Shown: in pieces, positions 14,864-22,781 of the stretch
Layout of the letters: every line of letters starts with the position of its first letter
Position numbering within the stretch: the stretch's first letter is position 1
DNA from: Candidatus Saccharimonadota bacterium
GTDB taxonomy: Bacteria > Patescibacteriota > Saccharimonadia > Saccharimonadales > Saccharimonadaceae
Length of the DNA stretch: 32,000 nucleotides
Assembly (NCBI GenBank): GCA_025349965.1
Contig: CP075337.1
Coordinates: 420,001 to 452,000, forward strand
Direction: 5' to 3'
Made by a program: the position numbers and the translations under genes
The notes under the pieces: model-generated
Databases searched by the model: none
The model's input: only the letters and a program-made list of their open reading frames with translations
What the model was told of the DNA's origin: nothing

Positions 14864-15505
14864 ATGTTGATGAAAACGACACAGCTTCAGACACTTGGCG
14901 GTGTTGATGACGGAGGAGGTCCTCTCGTCACTGCAACCCTACACAATGACGCAGAGCGTATTCCGGGGAGTACCATTCCAACCATCAAAGACGTCTTCAC
15001 GCAGCCCGGCATCATGTCCGGCCATGTAGTAAAGATTCTCAACGAGAGGTTGTGCGAGAATATAGCGCCACTTCTCCTGATGTCCGGGCCATCTATGCGC
15101 AAGCTCGACGGTATCGGGCCCGGCAGGGCGGTTTTCATCCGCGACGCTCTCACTGCCGCCCAGCTTCGGCTACGGTATGAAGAGGAGCGCGTGCACGAGC
15201 GTGCCAAGATGCTGTTCGGTAGTATCGAACAAACGCCCATCCAGGCGCTGCTGGTTACCTCCGCACTGAGCGGTGGCTACGTGGCAGATGTACACGTGCA
15301 CAGTCCGGCTGTACAGCTGATTGCTCAGCGCACCTCCATCCGCACCATCGGTGAGCTGATGGGTCATCTGGCGTCGAAGACTCAGCTCGCACGCTATTTT
15401 GACCTCTCGGGGCTCGCTATCGATGCTCGCCATGTTCGCGACACGTTCGTTGAGCTGGAAAGCCGACTGCAACCCTGGAGGCTCTCACTGAACAGCGTGT
15501 CGTAA
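14864..15505 (+). CDS. Hypothetical helix-hairpin-helix protein, high-GC (213 aa)
   Basis: The ATG at 14864 lies 6 nt after GGAG. HhH-like segments are MRKLDGIGPGRAVFIRDAL and IRTIGELMGHL. A sampled line is about 65% GC. The ORF start at 14813 is unsupported. Confidence 0.6.
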   Translation: MLMKTTQLQTLGGVDDGGGPLVTATLHNDAERIPGSTIPTIKDVFTQPGIMSGHVVKILNERLCENIAPLLLMSGPSMRKLDGIGPGRAVFIRDALTAAQLRLRYEEERVHERAKMLFGSIEQTPIQALLVTSALSGGYVADVHVHSPAVQLIAQRTSIRTIGELMGHLASKTQLARYFDLSGLAIDARHVRDTFVELESRLQPWRLSLNSVS

Positions 15506-15522
15506 GATTCACTAGTGGATAT

Positions 15523-15552
15523 GCCCCGGTTTTTCGCCGGGGCTTATTCATT
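15523..15552 (+). terminator. Intrinsic terminator
   Basis: 7-bp GC stem GCCCCGG / CCGGGGC with a 7-nt loop, then TTATTCATTT. Confidence 0.7.
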
Positions 15553-15671
15553 TGTAAAAAACACCACACCAAAGCCTCGTCCCATAGGGTACAATGAGTG
15601 CAGGGTAGCGTTTCGTCGTACGCATGGGGATGCAGAGGAAGCGAACATAACAAAGAAATAGGGGAGTATAG

Positions 15672-17126
15672 GTGTCTAAAGCCTTGTATCGGAAATACCG
15701 AAGCACATCGTTAGATGAGGTGGTCGGGCAGGAGCATATTACAAAGCTGCTTAAGCGTGCGCTTGAAACAGGGCGAGTTGCACATGCCTACCTCTTTACT
15801 GGGCCGCGTGGGGTTGGTAAAACCTCAATTGCACGTATTATGGCCTATGAAATCAACAAATTGCCGTACGATGAAAGCGCACAAAACTTAGATATTATTG
15901 AAATCGACGCTGCCAGCAATAACGGCGTAGAAGATGTTCGTGATCTCCGCGAAAAAGTACAAATTGCACCTGTGTCTGCGGCTAAAAAGGTGTACATCAT
16001 CGACGAAGTACACATGTTATCAAAGCCGGCTTTTAATGCACTTCTTAAAACGCTTGAAGAGCCGCCAGAGCACGTTGTTTTTATTCTCGCGACAACAGAC
16101 GTCAATAAACTCCCTGCAACTATTATTAGCCGTACGCAACATTACGGATTCCGTGCTATTGCTCCGGAAGCGGCAGTGGCACATCTTCGCACTATCGCAG
16201 ACGCCGAAAAAATTCCTGCGAGCGATGACGCACTTCTCCTCATCGCAGAACGTGGTGGCGGAAGTTTTCGCGATAGCATTAGCCTGCTTGACCAGGTCGC
16301 AAACCTTCATGATAAAGAAATAACCGCCGAGCTTATCCAGGATGCACTTGGACTTGCCTCCTCAAAACATCTCGAGCTTTTACTCGCTGCGTATCAAAGT
16401 CATGATCTTAAGGCGGTTGTTGAACAGCTCGATGCCACCCAGCGCCAAGGCATTAACCCTATCGTGCTTGCAAGCCAGCTTGTTTCATACGTGCGCTCAA
16501 AGGTGGTTGCACAACCTGAACTCCTTTCACTTCTTGACGCACTTCTTGACGTCGCCAAATCATCTCATCCAGATATTAAACTCATTAGCGTGCTCGGAGC
16601 CTCTGGCACGCCTACACCGTCGGCAGCACCCCAGAACACTCGATCAGCTCCAACGCCAGGCCAAAAAAGCAAAAACATTGCACTTGCCGCACCGGTGCAT
16701 GAAGTGAGCGCATCAGTTGAATCGCTAAAAAAAGAGGTGAAGAGCACGCCGAAACCCACGCCAGCCCAGCCAGCTTCACAAAAAGCATCCAAAAAACCCA
16801 CACAAGCCCTAAGCACCGAATTTAATTGGGTAGCACTCATTGAACATACACGCCAGAACTATGTTGCGCTCTACAGTGTGCTTTCAAAATGCACACCGGA
16901 ATTAAATGGCTCAGAACTCACGCTCTATACGGGCAGCGCCTTCTATAAGAAGAAGCTTGATGATACTAAATACAGCACCACGCTCCATGAATCTATTCAA
17001 ATGCTTGGCATGCCAGACGTCGATATTACCACGCTTCCAGAGCGAGCACCCATGAAAGATAGCCAAGCATCGGCAATTGCTGATATTATGGGTGGAGGAG
17101 TAGAGGTTGCTCCAGAGGCTCTATAG
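15672..17126 (+). CDS. dnaX: DNA polymerase III subunit gamma/tau (484 aa)
   Basis: GTG start 5 nt after GGGGAG. Walker A GPRGVGKTS, DEVHMLS, SRTQ, and a P/A/K-rich linker followed by a C-terminal domain. Confidence 0.95.
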   Translation: MSKALYRKYRSTSLDEVVGQEHITKLLKRALETGRVAHAYLFTGPRGVGKTSIARIMAYEINKLPYDESAQNLDIIEIDAASNNGVEDVRDLREKVQIAPVSAAKKVYIIDEVHMLSKPAFNALLKTLEEPPEHVVFILATTDVNKLPATIISRTQHYGFRAIAPEAAVAHLRTIADAEKIPASDDALLLIAERGGGSFRDSISLLDQVANLHDKEITAELIQDALGLASSKHLELLLAAYQSHDLKAVVEQLDATQRQGINPIVLASQLVSYVRSKVVAQPELLSLLDALLDVAKSSHPDIKLISVLGASGTPTPSAAPQNTRSAPTPGQKSKNIALAAPVHEVSASVESLKKEVKSTPKPTPAQPASQKASKKPTQALSTEFNWVALIEHTRQNYVALYSVLSKCTPELNGSELTLYTGSAFYKKKLDDTKYSTTLHESIQMLGMPDVDITTLPERAPMKDSQASAIADIMGGGVEVAPEAL

Positions 17127-17152
17127 CCTACGCAACCGCTTAAAGAGAGACT

Positions 17153-18511
17153 ATGGCAGGAACATCCCAACCCACCAAAGATGCCGCAGGGCGCATACCA
17201 CCACAAAACCTAGATGCTGAAATGAGCCTTCTGGGTGCTGTTCTTATTGACGAAGAAACGTTGGCGGATATTTCCGAGCATGTCACGGCAAAGGACTTCT
17301 ACGATAAGCGCCACGGCATGATCTATGGCGGCATGATTGCGCTCTACGAAAAGCACAAACCTGTCGACCTCCTTACACTTACTGATGAGCTCAAACGCAA
17401 GAAGCATCTTGATGAGATTGGCGGCTCAGCTTACCTCACCGAACTCACTAATTATGTACCGACGGCCGCGCACGCCGAAGCTTACGCAGAACTTGTTTCA
17501 CAAAAGGCCGTTCGTCGACGCCTCATTAAAGCCAGTGCTGATATCGCAGAGATGGGGTATGACGAAGAAGAGAGTACACAGCTTCTTCTTGAGCGTGCAG
17601 AAGCAGAACTTTTTGCCGTCAGCGACCAGTCTACCAAGCAGGATCTTGTCGCACTCGAAACCATCCTTACTGACAGTTTTGACCGCATGGAAGAACTTCA
17701 CCGCAACAAGGGTGCACTCCGCGGTGTTCGCACTGGGTATCGCGACCTTGATAACATGACCGCTGGCCTCCAGCGCAGTGACCTTATCATTCTGGCCGCT
17801 CGTCCTGCCATGGGTAAGACCACCCTCGTGACGAACCTTGCCTACAACGTGGCGACCATTGCCAAAGCACCGGTGCTCTTCTTCAGCCTTGAGATGAGCA
17901 AAGAGCAGCTGGTTGACCGTATGTTGGCAGACGCATCTGGTGTGGATGCCTGGAATATTCGTACAGGTAATCTTTCGGATGATGATTTCAGCAAGCTATC
18001 CGAAGCAATGGGTGAAATGGCCGAAGCGCCAATTTACATTGATGACACACCGGGCGTGAGTGTACTTGAAATGCGCACCAAGGCGCGGCGTATTGCGCAC
18101 GAGCAACCACTCGGCCTTATTATCATCGACTACTTGCAGTTGATGCAGGGGAGTGGCAAGTCTGACGGAAACCGTGTTCAGGAAGTTTCTGAAATTTCTC
18201 GTGGACTTAAGTTGATTGCCCGTGAGTTGAATGTTCCAGTGATTGCACTGAGTCAGCTGTCTCGTTCAGTCGAAAACCGTAGTCCGCAGATTCCACAGCT
18301 TGCCGACCTCCGTGAATCAGGGTCGATCGAGCAGGACGCCGACATTGTGATGTTTATCTATCGTGAAGCGTATTACAACCCAGAAACGGAGCGCGAGAAT
18401 GTGACCGACCTCATTATCGCCAAACACCGTAACGGCCCAGTGGGGACAGTTGAGCTTTACTTCCACCCAGAACGACTTCGCTTCATGTCGCTTGATCGGC
18501 GCCACGAATAG
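17153..18511 (+). CDS. dnaB: Replicative DNA helicase DnaB (452 aa)
   Basis: PPQNLDAEMSLLGAVL at the N-terminus, Walker A ARPAMGKT, IIIDYLQLM and RESGSIEQDAD. Confidence 0.97.
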   Translation: MAGTSQPTKDAAGRIPPQNLDAEMSLLGAVLIDEETLADISEHVTAKDFYDKRHGMIYGGMIALYEKHKPVDLLTLTDELKRKKHLDEIGGSAYLTELTNYVPTAAHAEAYAELVSQKAVRRRLIKASADIAEMGYDEEESTQLLLERAEAELFAVSDQSTKQDLVALETILTDSFDRMEELHRNKGALRGVRTGYRDLDNMTAGLQRSDLIILAARPAMGKTTLVTNLAYNVATIAKAPVLFFSLEMSKEQLVDRMLADASGVDAWNIRTGNLSDDDFSKLSEAMGEMAEAPIYIDDTPGVSVLEMRTKARRIAHEQPLGLIIIDYLQLMQGSGKSDGNRVQEVSEISRGLKLIARELNVPVIALSQLSRSVENRSPQIPQLADLRESGSIEQDADIVMFIYREAYYNPETERENVTDLIIAKHRNGPVGTVELYFHPERLRFMSLDRRHE

Positions 18512-18521
18512 TAAGCATAAA

Positions 18522-18530
18522 TGGTATACT
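18522..18530 (+). promoter_or_regulatory. TGGTATACT extended -10 between dnaB and the membrane-protein gene
   Basis: Lies 11 nt after the dnaB stop codon and 15 nt upstream of the ATG at 18546. Confidence 0.4.
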
Positions 18531-18545
18531 AGCAAGAGAACAATT

Positions 18546-19985
18546 ATGAAGAAACCTGAAGATTTTTCGCACTACTTCCTTTACCGCTGGCGGTATGTCA
18601 TTGGCTACAGTCTTATCGGAGTGCTTTTAATTTCGCTGCTTTTGTTTGCAGGGCTCCTTACGCCAGCCGGGCTATCAGAGGCGGAGATGAATTCAGCTGC
18701 TACCAGTGCGTCACTTTCTTTCACCAACCCCGAAACGCTCGCGGTAACAAATTTACCGTATCGTCTTTTGCAGGCGGGTGTATTTAGTGTGTTCGGTATA
18801 TCTACGTTTACTATTAAACTTCCGTCACTCATTCTCGGCCTTATCTCAGCTGCAGGATTTATCCTCCTGCTCCGACGTTGGTTTACTCTCAACGTAGCAG
18901 TTCTCGCTTCGCTGATTGCGGTGACAACTGGGCAATTCCTTTTTATCGCCCAATCGGGCACCCCGAGTATCCTCTATATTTTCTGGCCGATTATCATCCT
19001 TCTCCTTGGTACGCAAATTACGCGTGTTAAGAAGCACCGTTTCGCTATGAAGGCAGCCTTTGTCGCAGCAGTGGCACTCAGTCTCTATACGCCACTAAGC
19101 ATCTATCCGTTACTTGCTATTATTTTAACTATCTTCCTCCATCCACACCTCAGAGCCGTACTCCGAAGGTTATCAAAGAAGCGACTTGCTATTATTAGCG
19201 TGCTTGCGCTTTTTCTCGTAGCACCACTCGTGTACCTTATCGTGAAAACACCAAGCCTTGGCATTAGCCTCATTGGACTGCCGGGGACTTGGCCGCCAAA
19301 TCTACTCGAAAACGCCATTACGGTATTTAAGCAGTATTTCTTGTTCTGGGAGCCAAGCGCCACAACAGTCATGACGCCCGTGTTCGGTCTTGGGTCAATG
19401 CTTGTAATTGCTATGGGGCTCTATCGCCTTATCCGCACTCGCGAGACGACACGAAGCTACCTCGTAACACTGTGGATTCTCTGTCTTATTCCGATTCTAC
19501 TGCTAAATCCATCGTACACGAGCGTGTCATTCGTACCCTCAATGCTAATGCTCGCCGCGGGACTCACGAGCCTCATTGGCTACTGGTATAGACTCTTCCC
19601 GCGTAACCCCTATGCGCGTATCGCCGGCCTCATTCCTATCGTCATTCTTGTGGCTGTATTTATTAGCACTGGCTTAATTCGCTATGCATACGGATATCAC
19701 TACACGCCAACGGTAGCAACACTCTTCTCAAAAGACCTTACACTACTGCCAAAGGACACTAAGACACTCTATGTCTCTGAAAAAGAGAAGCCATTCTATG
19801 CAGCTGTAGCAAAATATCGTGACGAGTTGACTATTGCAGACAAGCGCCCAGAAGCATCAAGCTTCACTGCGTCAAGGGCTGCAATTACTACTCCGCCGAA
19901 GGGATACAAGATTACTAGAGTAGTCACAAACAGCGCCTCTCATGAGTCTGACCGCTTCTTTGTCTACCAAAAAAGCGAAAAATAA
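18546..19985 (+). CDS. Polytopic membrane protein, probable GT-C (ArnT/PMT-like) glycosyltransferase (479 aa)
   Basis: At least 10 hydrophobic helices. The N-terminal pattern (LPYRLLQAGVFSVFGISTFTIKLPSLILG) resembles the PMT_2/ArnT family. The ORF start at 18450 overlaps dnaB and is unsupported. Confidence 0.55.
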   Translation: MKKPEDFSHYFLYRWRYVIGYSLIGVLLISLLLFAGLLTPAGLSEAEMNSAATSASLSFTNPETLAVTNLPYRLLQAGVFSVFGISTFTIKLPSLILGLISAAGFILLLRRWFTLNVAVLASLIAVTTGQFLFIAQSGTPSILYIFWPIIILLLGTQITRVKKHRFAMKAAFVAAVALSLYTPLSIYPLLAIILTIFLHPHLRAVLRRLSKKRLAIISVLALFLVAPLVYLIVKTPSLGISLIGLPGTWPPNLLENAITVFKQYFLFWEPSATTVMTPVFGLGSMLVIAMGLYRLIRTRETTRSYLVTLWILCLIPILLLNPSYTSVSFVPSMLMLAAGLTSLIGYWYRLFPRNPYARIAGLIPIVILVAVFISTGLIRYAYGYHYTPTVATLFSKDLTLLPKDTKTLYVSEKEKPFYAAVAKYRDELTIADKRPEASSFTASRAAITTPPKGYKITRVVTNSASHESDRFFVYQKSEK

Positions 19986-20022
19986 GGTACAATTACTCTA
20001 GTAAACGACGGAGGATGTTTTA

Positions 20023-20313
20023 ATGGCGTTTGACCAAATGAAAATGCTCAACAAGCTACGTAAAGCTCAGAGCGACCTAAAAAAAGAGATTATTGAAGTT
20101 GAAGCAGGTGACGGTGCGGTTGTCGTACAGATCACTGGCGAGCTCAAGGTGAAGAAGATTTCTATCAACCCTGAATCAGTTGACCTTGACGACATCAGCG
20201 AACTTGAACACTGGATTGAAATTGCAGTCCGTGACGGCCTTGCGAAGGCGCAGGAAGTTGCCGCAGAGAAGATGAAGCCGCTCATGGGTGGTCTCGGAAA
20301 CCTCGGACTTTAA
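20023..20313 (+). CDS. ybaB: Nucleoid-associated protein YbaB/EbfC (96 aa)
   Basis: SD GGAGG. Typical size and pattern (MLNKLRKAQ..., GDGAVVVQITGELKVKKISINPE) and the conserved position upstream of recR. Confidence 0.88.
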   Translation: MAFDQMKMLNKLRKAQSDLKKEIIEVEAGDGAVVVQITGELKVKKISINPESVDLDDISELEHWIEIAVRDGLAKAQEVAAEKMKPLMGGLGNLGL

Positions 20314-20332
20314 AAGGATAGTAGGCAGGACA

Positions 20333-20354
20333 GCGGGGCAATGACCCCGCTTTT
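20333..20354 (+). terminator. Hairpin and T4 between ybaB and recR (partial terminator or attenuator)
   Basis: GCGGGG-caatga-CCCCGC-TTTT. Confidence 0.45.
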
Positions 20355-20366
20355 GCCGCACATAGC

Positions 20367-20981
20367 ATGTCACAACTATTACCACGAGCCCTTGAAAAGC
20401 TCATCGAAGAACTCGGCCGCCTTCCAGGCGTAGGCCAGCGCACCGCAGAACGCTATGCGTATTATTTGTTACGTGCCAATACTCGTATTACAGACGGACT
20501 TTCTTCTGCTATTCATGACATTCACAGCCTTGTAAAGACGTGTCCTGTGACTTTTGCGCTTATCGATGCGGAGGAGGATGTCTCACCGCTCTACACAAAC
20601 ACTGACCGTGATAAAAAACTTATTGCGGTAGTTGAAGAGCCACTTGATATTATTGCTTTGGAGCGCACGGGGCAGTTTAAAGGAACGTACCATGTGCTTG
20701 GTGGCGCAATGAGCCCTATTGATGGTATTGGCCCAGAGCAACTGCATATTCCGGAGCTTGTTGAACGCATCAAGAATGATGACGTAGAAGAAATTATCAT
20801 TGCCACAAATGCCAGCGTGGAAGGGGAGTCAACCGCACTCTTCTTGCAGAAATATATTCAGGATGCCGGCCTTGAGGTGAAAATGAGTCGCCTCGCACGG
20901 GGAATTCCGGTTGGTGTTGACCTTGAGTATGCTGACCAAATTACGCTTTCGCATGCACTTGAAGGACGAAGGATTATTTAA
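20367..20981 (+). CDS. recR: Recombination protein RecR (204 aa)
   Basis: LIEELGRLPGVGQRTAERYAYYLL (HhH) followed by a Toprim region. Confidence 0.93.
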   Translation: MSQLLPRALEKLIEELGRLPGVGQRTAERYAYYLLRANTRITDGLSSAIHDIHSLVKTCPVTFALIDAEEDVSPLYTNTDRDKKLIAVVEEPLDIIALERTGQFKGTYHVLGGAMSPIDGIGPEQLHIPELVERIKNDDVEEIIIATNASVEGESTALFLQKYIQDAGLEVKMSRLARGIPVGVDLEYADQITLSHALEGRRII

Positions 20982-21003
20982 ATACATATCTATAAAAGTG
21001 AAG

Positions 21004-21047
21004 AGGCCCCATCTCATCTACTGGAGTGTAGAGAGATGGGGCCTTTT
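21004..21047. terminator. Bidirectional terminator between recR and the convergent 21062..21667 gene
   Basis: 12-bp stem AGGCCCCATCTC / GAGATGGGGCCT followed by TTTT. Confidence 0.75.
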
Positions 21048-21061
21048 GCGCTTCACAGCCG

Positions 21062-21667
21062 TTAGCCGGCTCGGACCGTCCGAGGCTCTTCCTGGGCCAT
21101 GATGGCATCGAGCTCTTGCGGTTTCAGCCCTTCGAACTGTCGACTCAGGGATTTCTCCTGTTCGTCGATCATCGCTCGGACAGCGTACAGCGATTTACTG
21201 TAGCCGTCGATGAACTGAAGCAACTCTACTCCGAAGCTCTGGCGAATCCGAACGGATCCGAAATTCGAGAGCAACGAACGCGAAGTAAGGATCAGTCTCA
21301 GCGAACGCCCATTCGATACCACCACAACCCGGAACACATCCGAATCGCTGCTCTTTTCGAGCATGACGGTGTAATTGAACAGATCGTTCACGAGCAGCAC
21401 CTCGGTCTGCGACTCCGGCAGCAGGGACTTGGTCAGTCGATACAGCCCGCCAACCGTCTGCCGCGTCATGTGGATGCTGAGCCACCTCCAGCAGAGAAAG
21501 CCCAGCACCGCGACGTAGGCGATGCCAGCCACAGCCAGCGGAAGGAGTACGAACCTCCCCGAATCCATCAGGATGGGCACCCCGACGGAAATCATGAGGA
21601 AGGCGTTGATCAGCAGGACCACCGTAGCGATTCTGATCATCTGAAACTTGAATTCCGAAAAGCGCAT
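21062..21667 (-). CDS. Hypothetical membrane protein, high-GC (201 aa)
   Basis: The ATG at 21667 follows AAAGGAG. Two N-terminal TM helices precede a soluble domain of about 130 aa. A sampled line is about 63% GC. The ORF start at 21730 is unsupported. Confidence 0.6.
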   Translation of the reverse strand: MRFSEFKFQMIRIATVVLLINAFLMISVGVPILMDSGRFVLLPLAVAGIAYVAVLGFLCWRWLSIHMTRQTVGGLYRLTKSLLPESQTEVLLVNDLFNYTVMLEKSSDSDVFRVVVVSNGRSLRLILTSRSLLSNFGSVRIRQSFGVELLQFIDGYSKSLYAVRAMIDEQEKSLSRQFEGLKPQELDAIMAQEEPRTVRAG

Positions 21668-21739
21668 CTTGCGCTCCTTTCGATTAGTGAACCTCGTCAT
21701 TGAAAAACACTGATAACATGCAGGGCGCAAGTTACGTTC

Positions 21740-21768
21740 ATTATAGCATAAGTTATTTATTTTGTCAA
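21740..21768 (-). promoter_or_regulatory. Near-consensus promoter TTGACA-N17-TGCTATAAT
   Basis: On the minus strand: -35 at 21768-21763 and extended -10 at 21748-21740. It drives the 21062..21667 gene. Confidence 0.7.
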
Positions 21769-21781
21769 TGTACCTCTATAA

Positions 21782-21790
21782 TGATATACT
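21782..21790 (+). promoter_or_regulatory. TGATATACT extended -10 ending 6 nt before the nrnA-like ATG (leaderless type)
   Basis: TGATATACT-gaaaac-ATG (21797). Confidence 0.5.
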
Positions 21791-21796
21791 GAAAAC

Positions 21797-22780
21797 ATGT
21801 TTGAAACCGCCAAAAGCTTGATTGATGCCGCTCAGAAAATTGTTATTATTCAGCCCGAAAACCCTGACGGCGATAGTCTTGCAAGCGCGCTCGCCCTTGA
21901 AGACCTCCTCGCCGAAGCAGGCAAACAGGTAACTCTTTTCTGTGCAATTGATATGCCGAAATATCTTCGTTATATCCAGGGCTGGGATCGAGTTGAGAAG
22001 GACTGGCCACGCGACAATGATCTTGCGGTAATCGTTGACACCACCAGCGCACTACTTCTTCAGCAAACCCTTGCCATTCCTGGCGCGCGCGCATTCCTTG
22101 AAACGCATCCGGTTGTTATTTTTGATCACCACCAGGAAGGCATCAATGACCTTCCATTCACCCCAGAGCTCGTCCTCAACACCAAGGCAGTTGCTGCTGG
22201 TGAAGTTGTCTATGAGTTCGCTAAAGAAGCCGGACTCACCGTCTCTCCTGTAGCAGCAGAGGCATTATTTATTGCCATTCAGGCAGATAGCCTTGGCCTC
22301 ACCACCCAGTCAACCACACCAGAAAGCTATCAAGTAGCAGCGGATCTTGTGAAGCTTGGTGCTGTTCCAGCGACTATTGAAGCGCGTCGCCGTGAATACA
22401 TGAAAAAACCGGCAGACATCTTGGCGTATAAGGGCGAATTGATTAGCCGCATTGAGTATGACCTCGAGGGTGTACTCGCAACAGTTCATATTCCATGGGA
22501 TGAGATTCAGCAGTACAGCGATCGCTACAACCCAAGCGTGCTCGTGCTTGAGGAAATGCGCCTGGTTGATACAGTTGAAGTAGCGGTTGCATTTAAGACC
22601 TATCCTGACGGCAAAGTCACAGGCAAAATCCGCACTAACGCGCCAATTGCCCACCACATTGCCGGTTATTTTGGTGGTGGAGGCCATGAATACGCAGCTG
22701 GCTTTAAAGTCTTTGAAGATTTCGCAACCATCCGTACCGAATTAATCACCGCCGTACAAAAGGCGCTCGAAGAGGCATAA
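21797..22780 (+). CDS. nrnA: DHH/DHHA1 phosphoesterase, NrnA-like (327 aa)
   Basis: Motifs DGDSLASALAL, VDT, FDHHQ, and GGGH near the C-terminus. Confidence 0.82.
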   Translation: MFETAKSLIDAAQKIVIIQPENPDGDSLASALALEDLLAEAGKQVTLFCAIDMPKYLRYIQGWDRVEKDWPRDNDLAVIVDTTSALLLQQTLAIPGARAFLETHPVVIFDHHQEGINDLPFTPELVLNTKAVAAGEVVYEFAKEAGLTVSPVAAEALFIAIQADSLGLTTQSTTPESYQVAADLVKLGAVPATIEARRREYMKKPADILAYKGELISRIEYDLEGVLATVHIPWDEIQQYSDRYNPSVLVLEEMRLVDTVEVAVAFKTYPDGKVTGKIRTNAPIAHHIAGYFGGGGHEYAAGFKVFEDFATIRTELITAVQKALEEA

Positions 22781-22781
22781 T

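Noticed and set aside
10334-15552. The accessory island as a prophage remnant, integrative element or IS.
   Set aside because: I found no integrase, transposase, recombinase or flanking tRNA gene, and no terminal inverted or direct repeats. Composition alternates gene by gene rather than forming one foreign block.
15553-15671. Possible SRP (4.5S) RNA upstream of dnaX, as in the Bacillus scr-dnaX-ybaB-recR synteny. A GAGGAAGCGA string at about 15636-15645 resembles the GGAAGCAGC domain IV motif.
   Set aside because: Only about 70 nt lie between the plausible TACAAT -10 (15590-15595) and the dnaX GTG. I could not fold a closing helix or find the symmetric or asymmetric loop partners. This is more likely a plain leader. 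An Infernal scan with the SRP models would settle it.
16689-16698. 10-bp palindrome GCACCGGTGC downstream of the first dnaX A run, as a frameshift-stimulating hairpin.
   Set aside because: A perfect palindrome this short can form at most a 3-4 bp stem with a tetraloop. That is far weaker than known dnaX stimulators.
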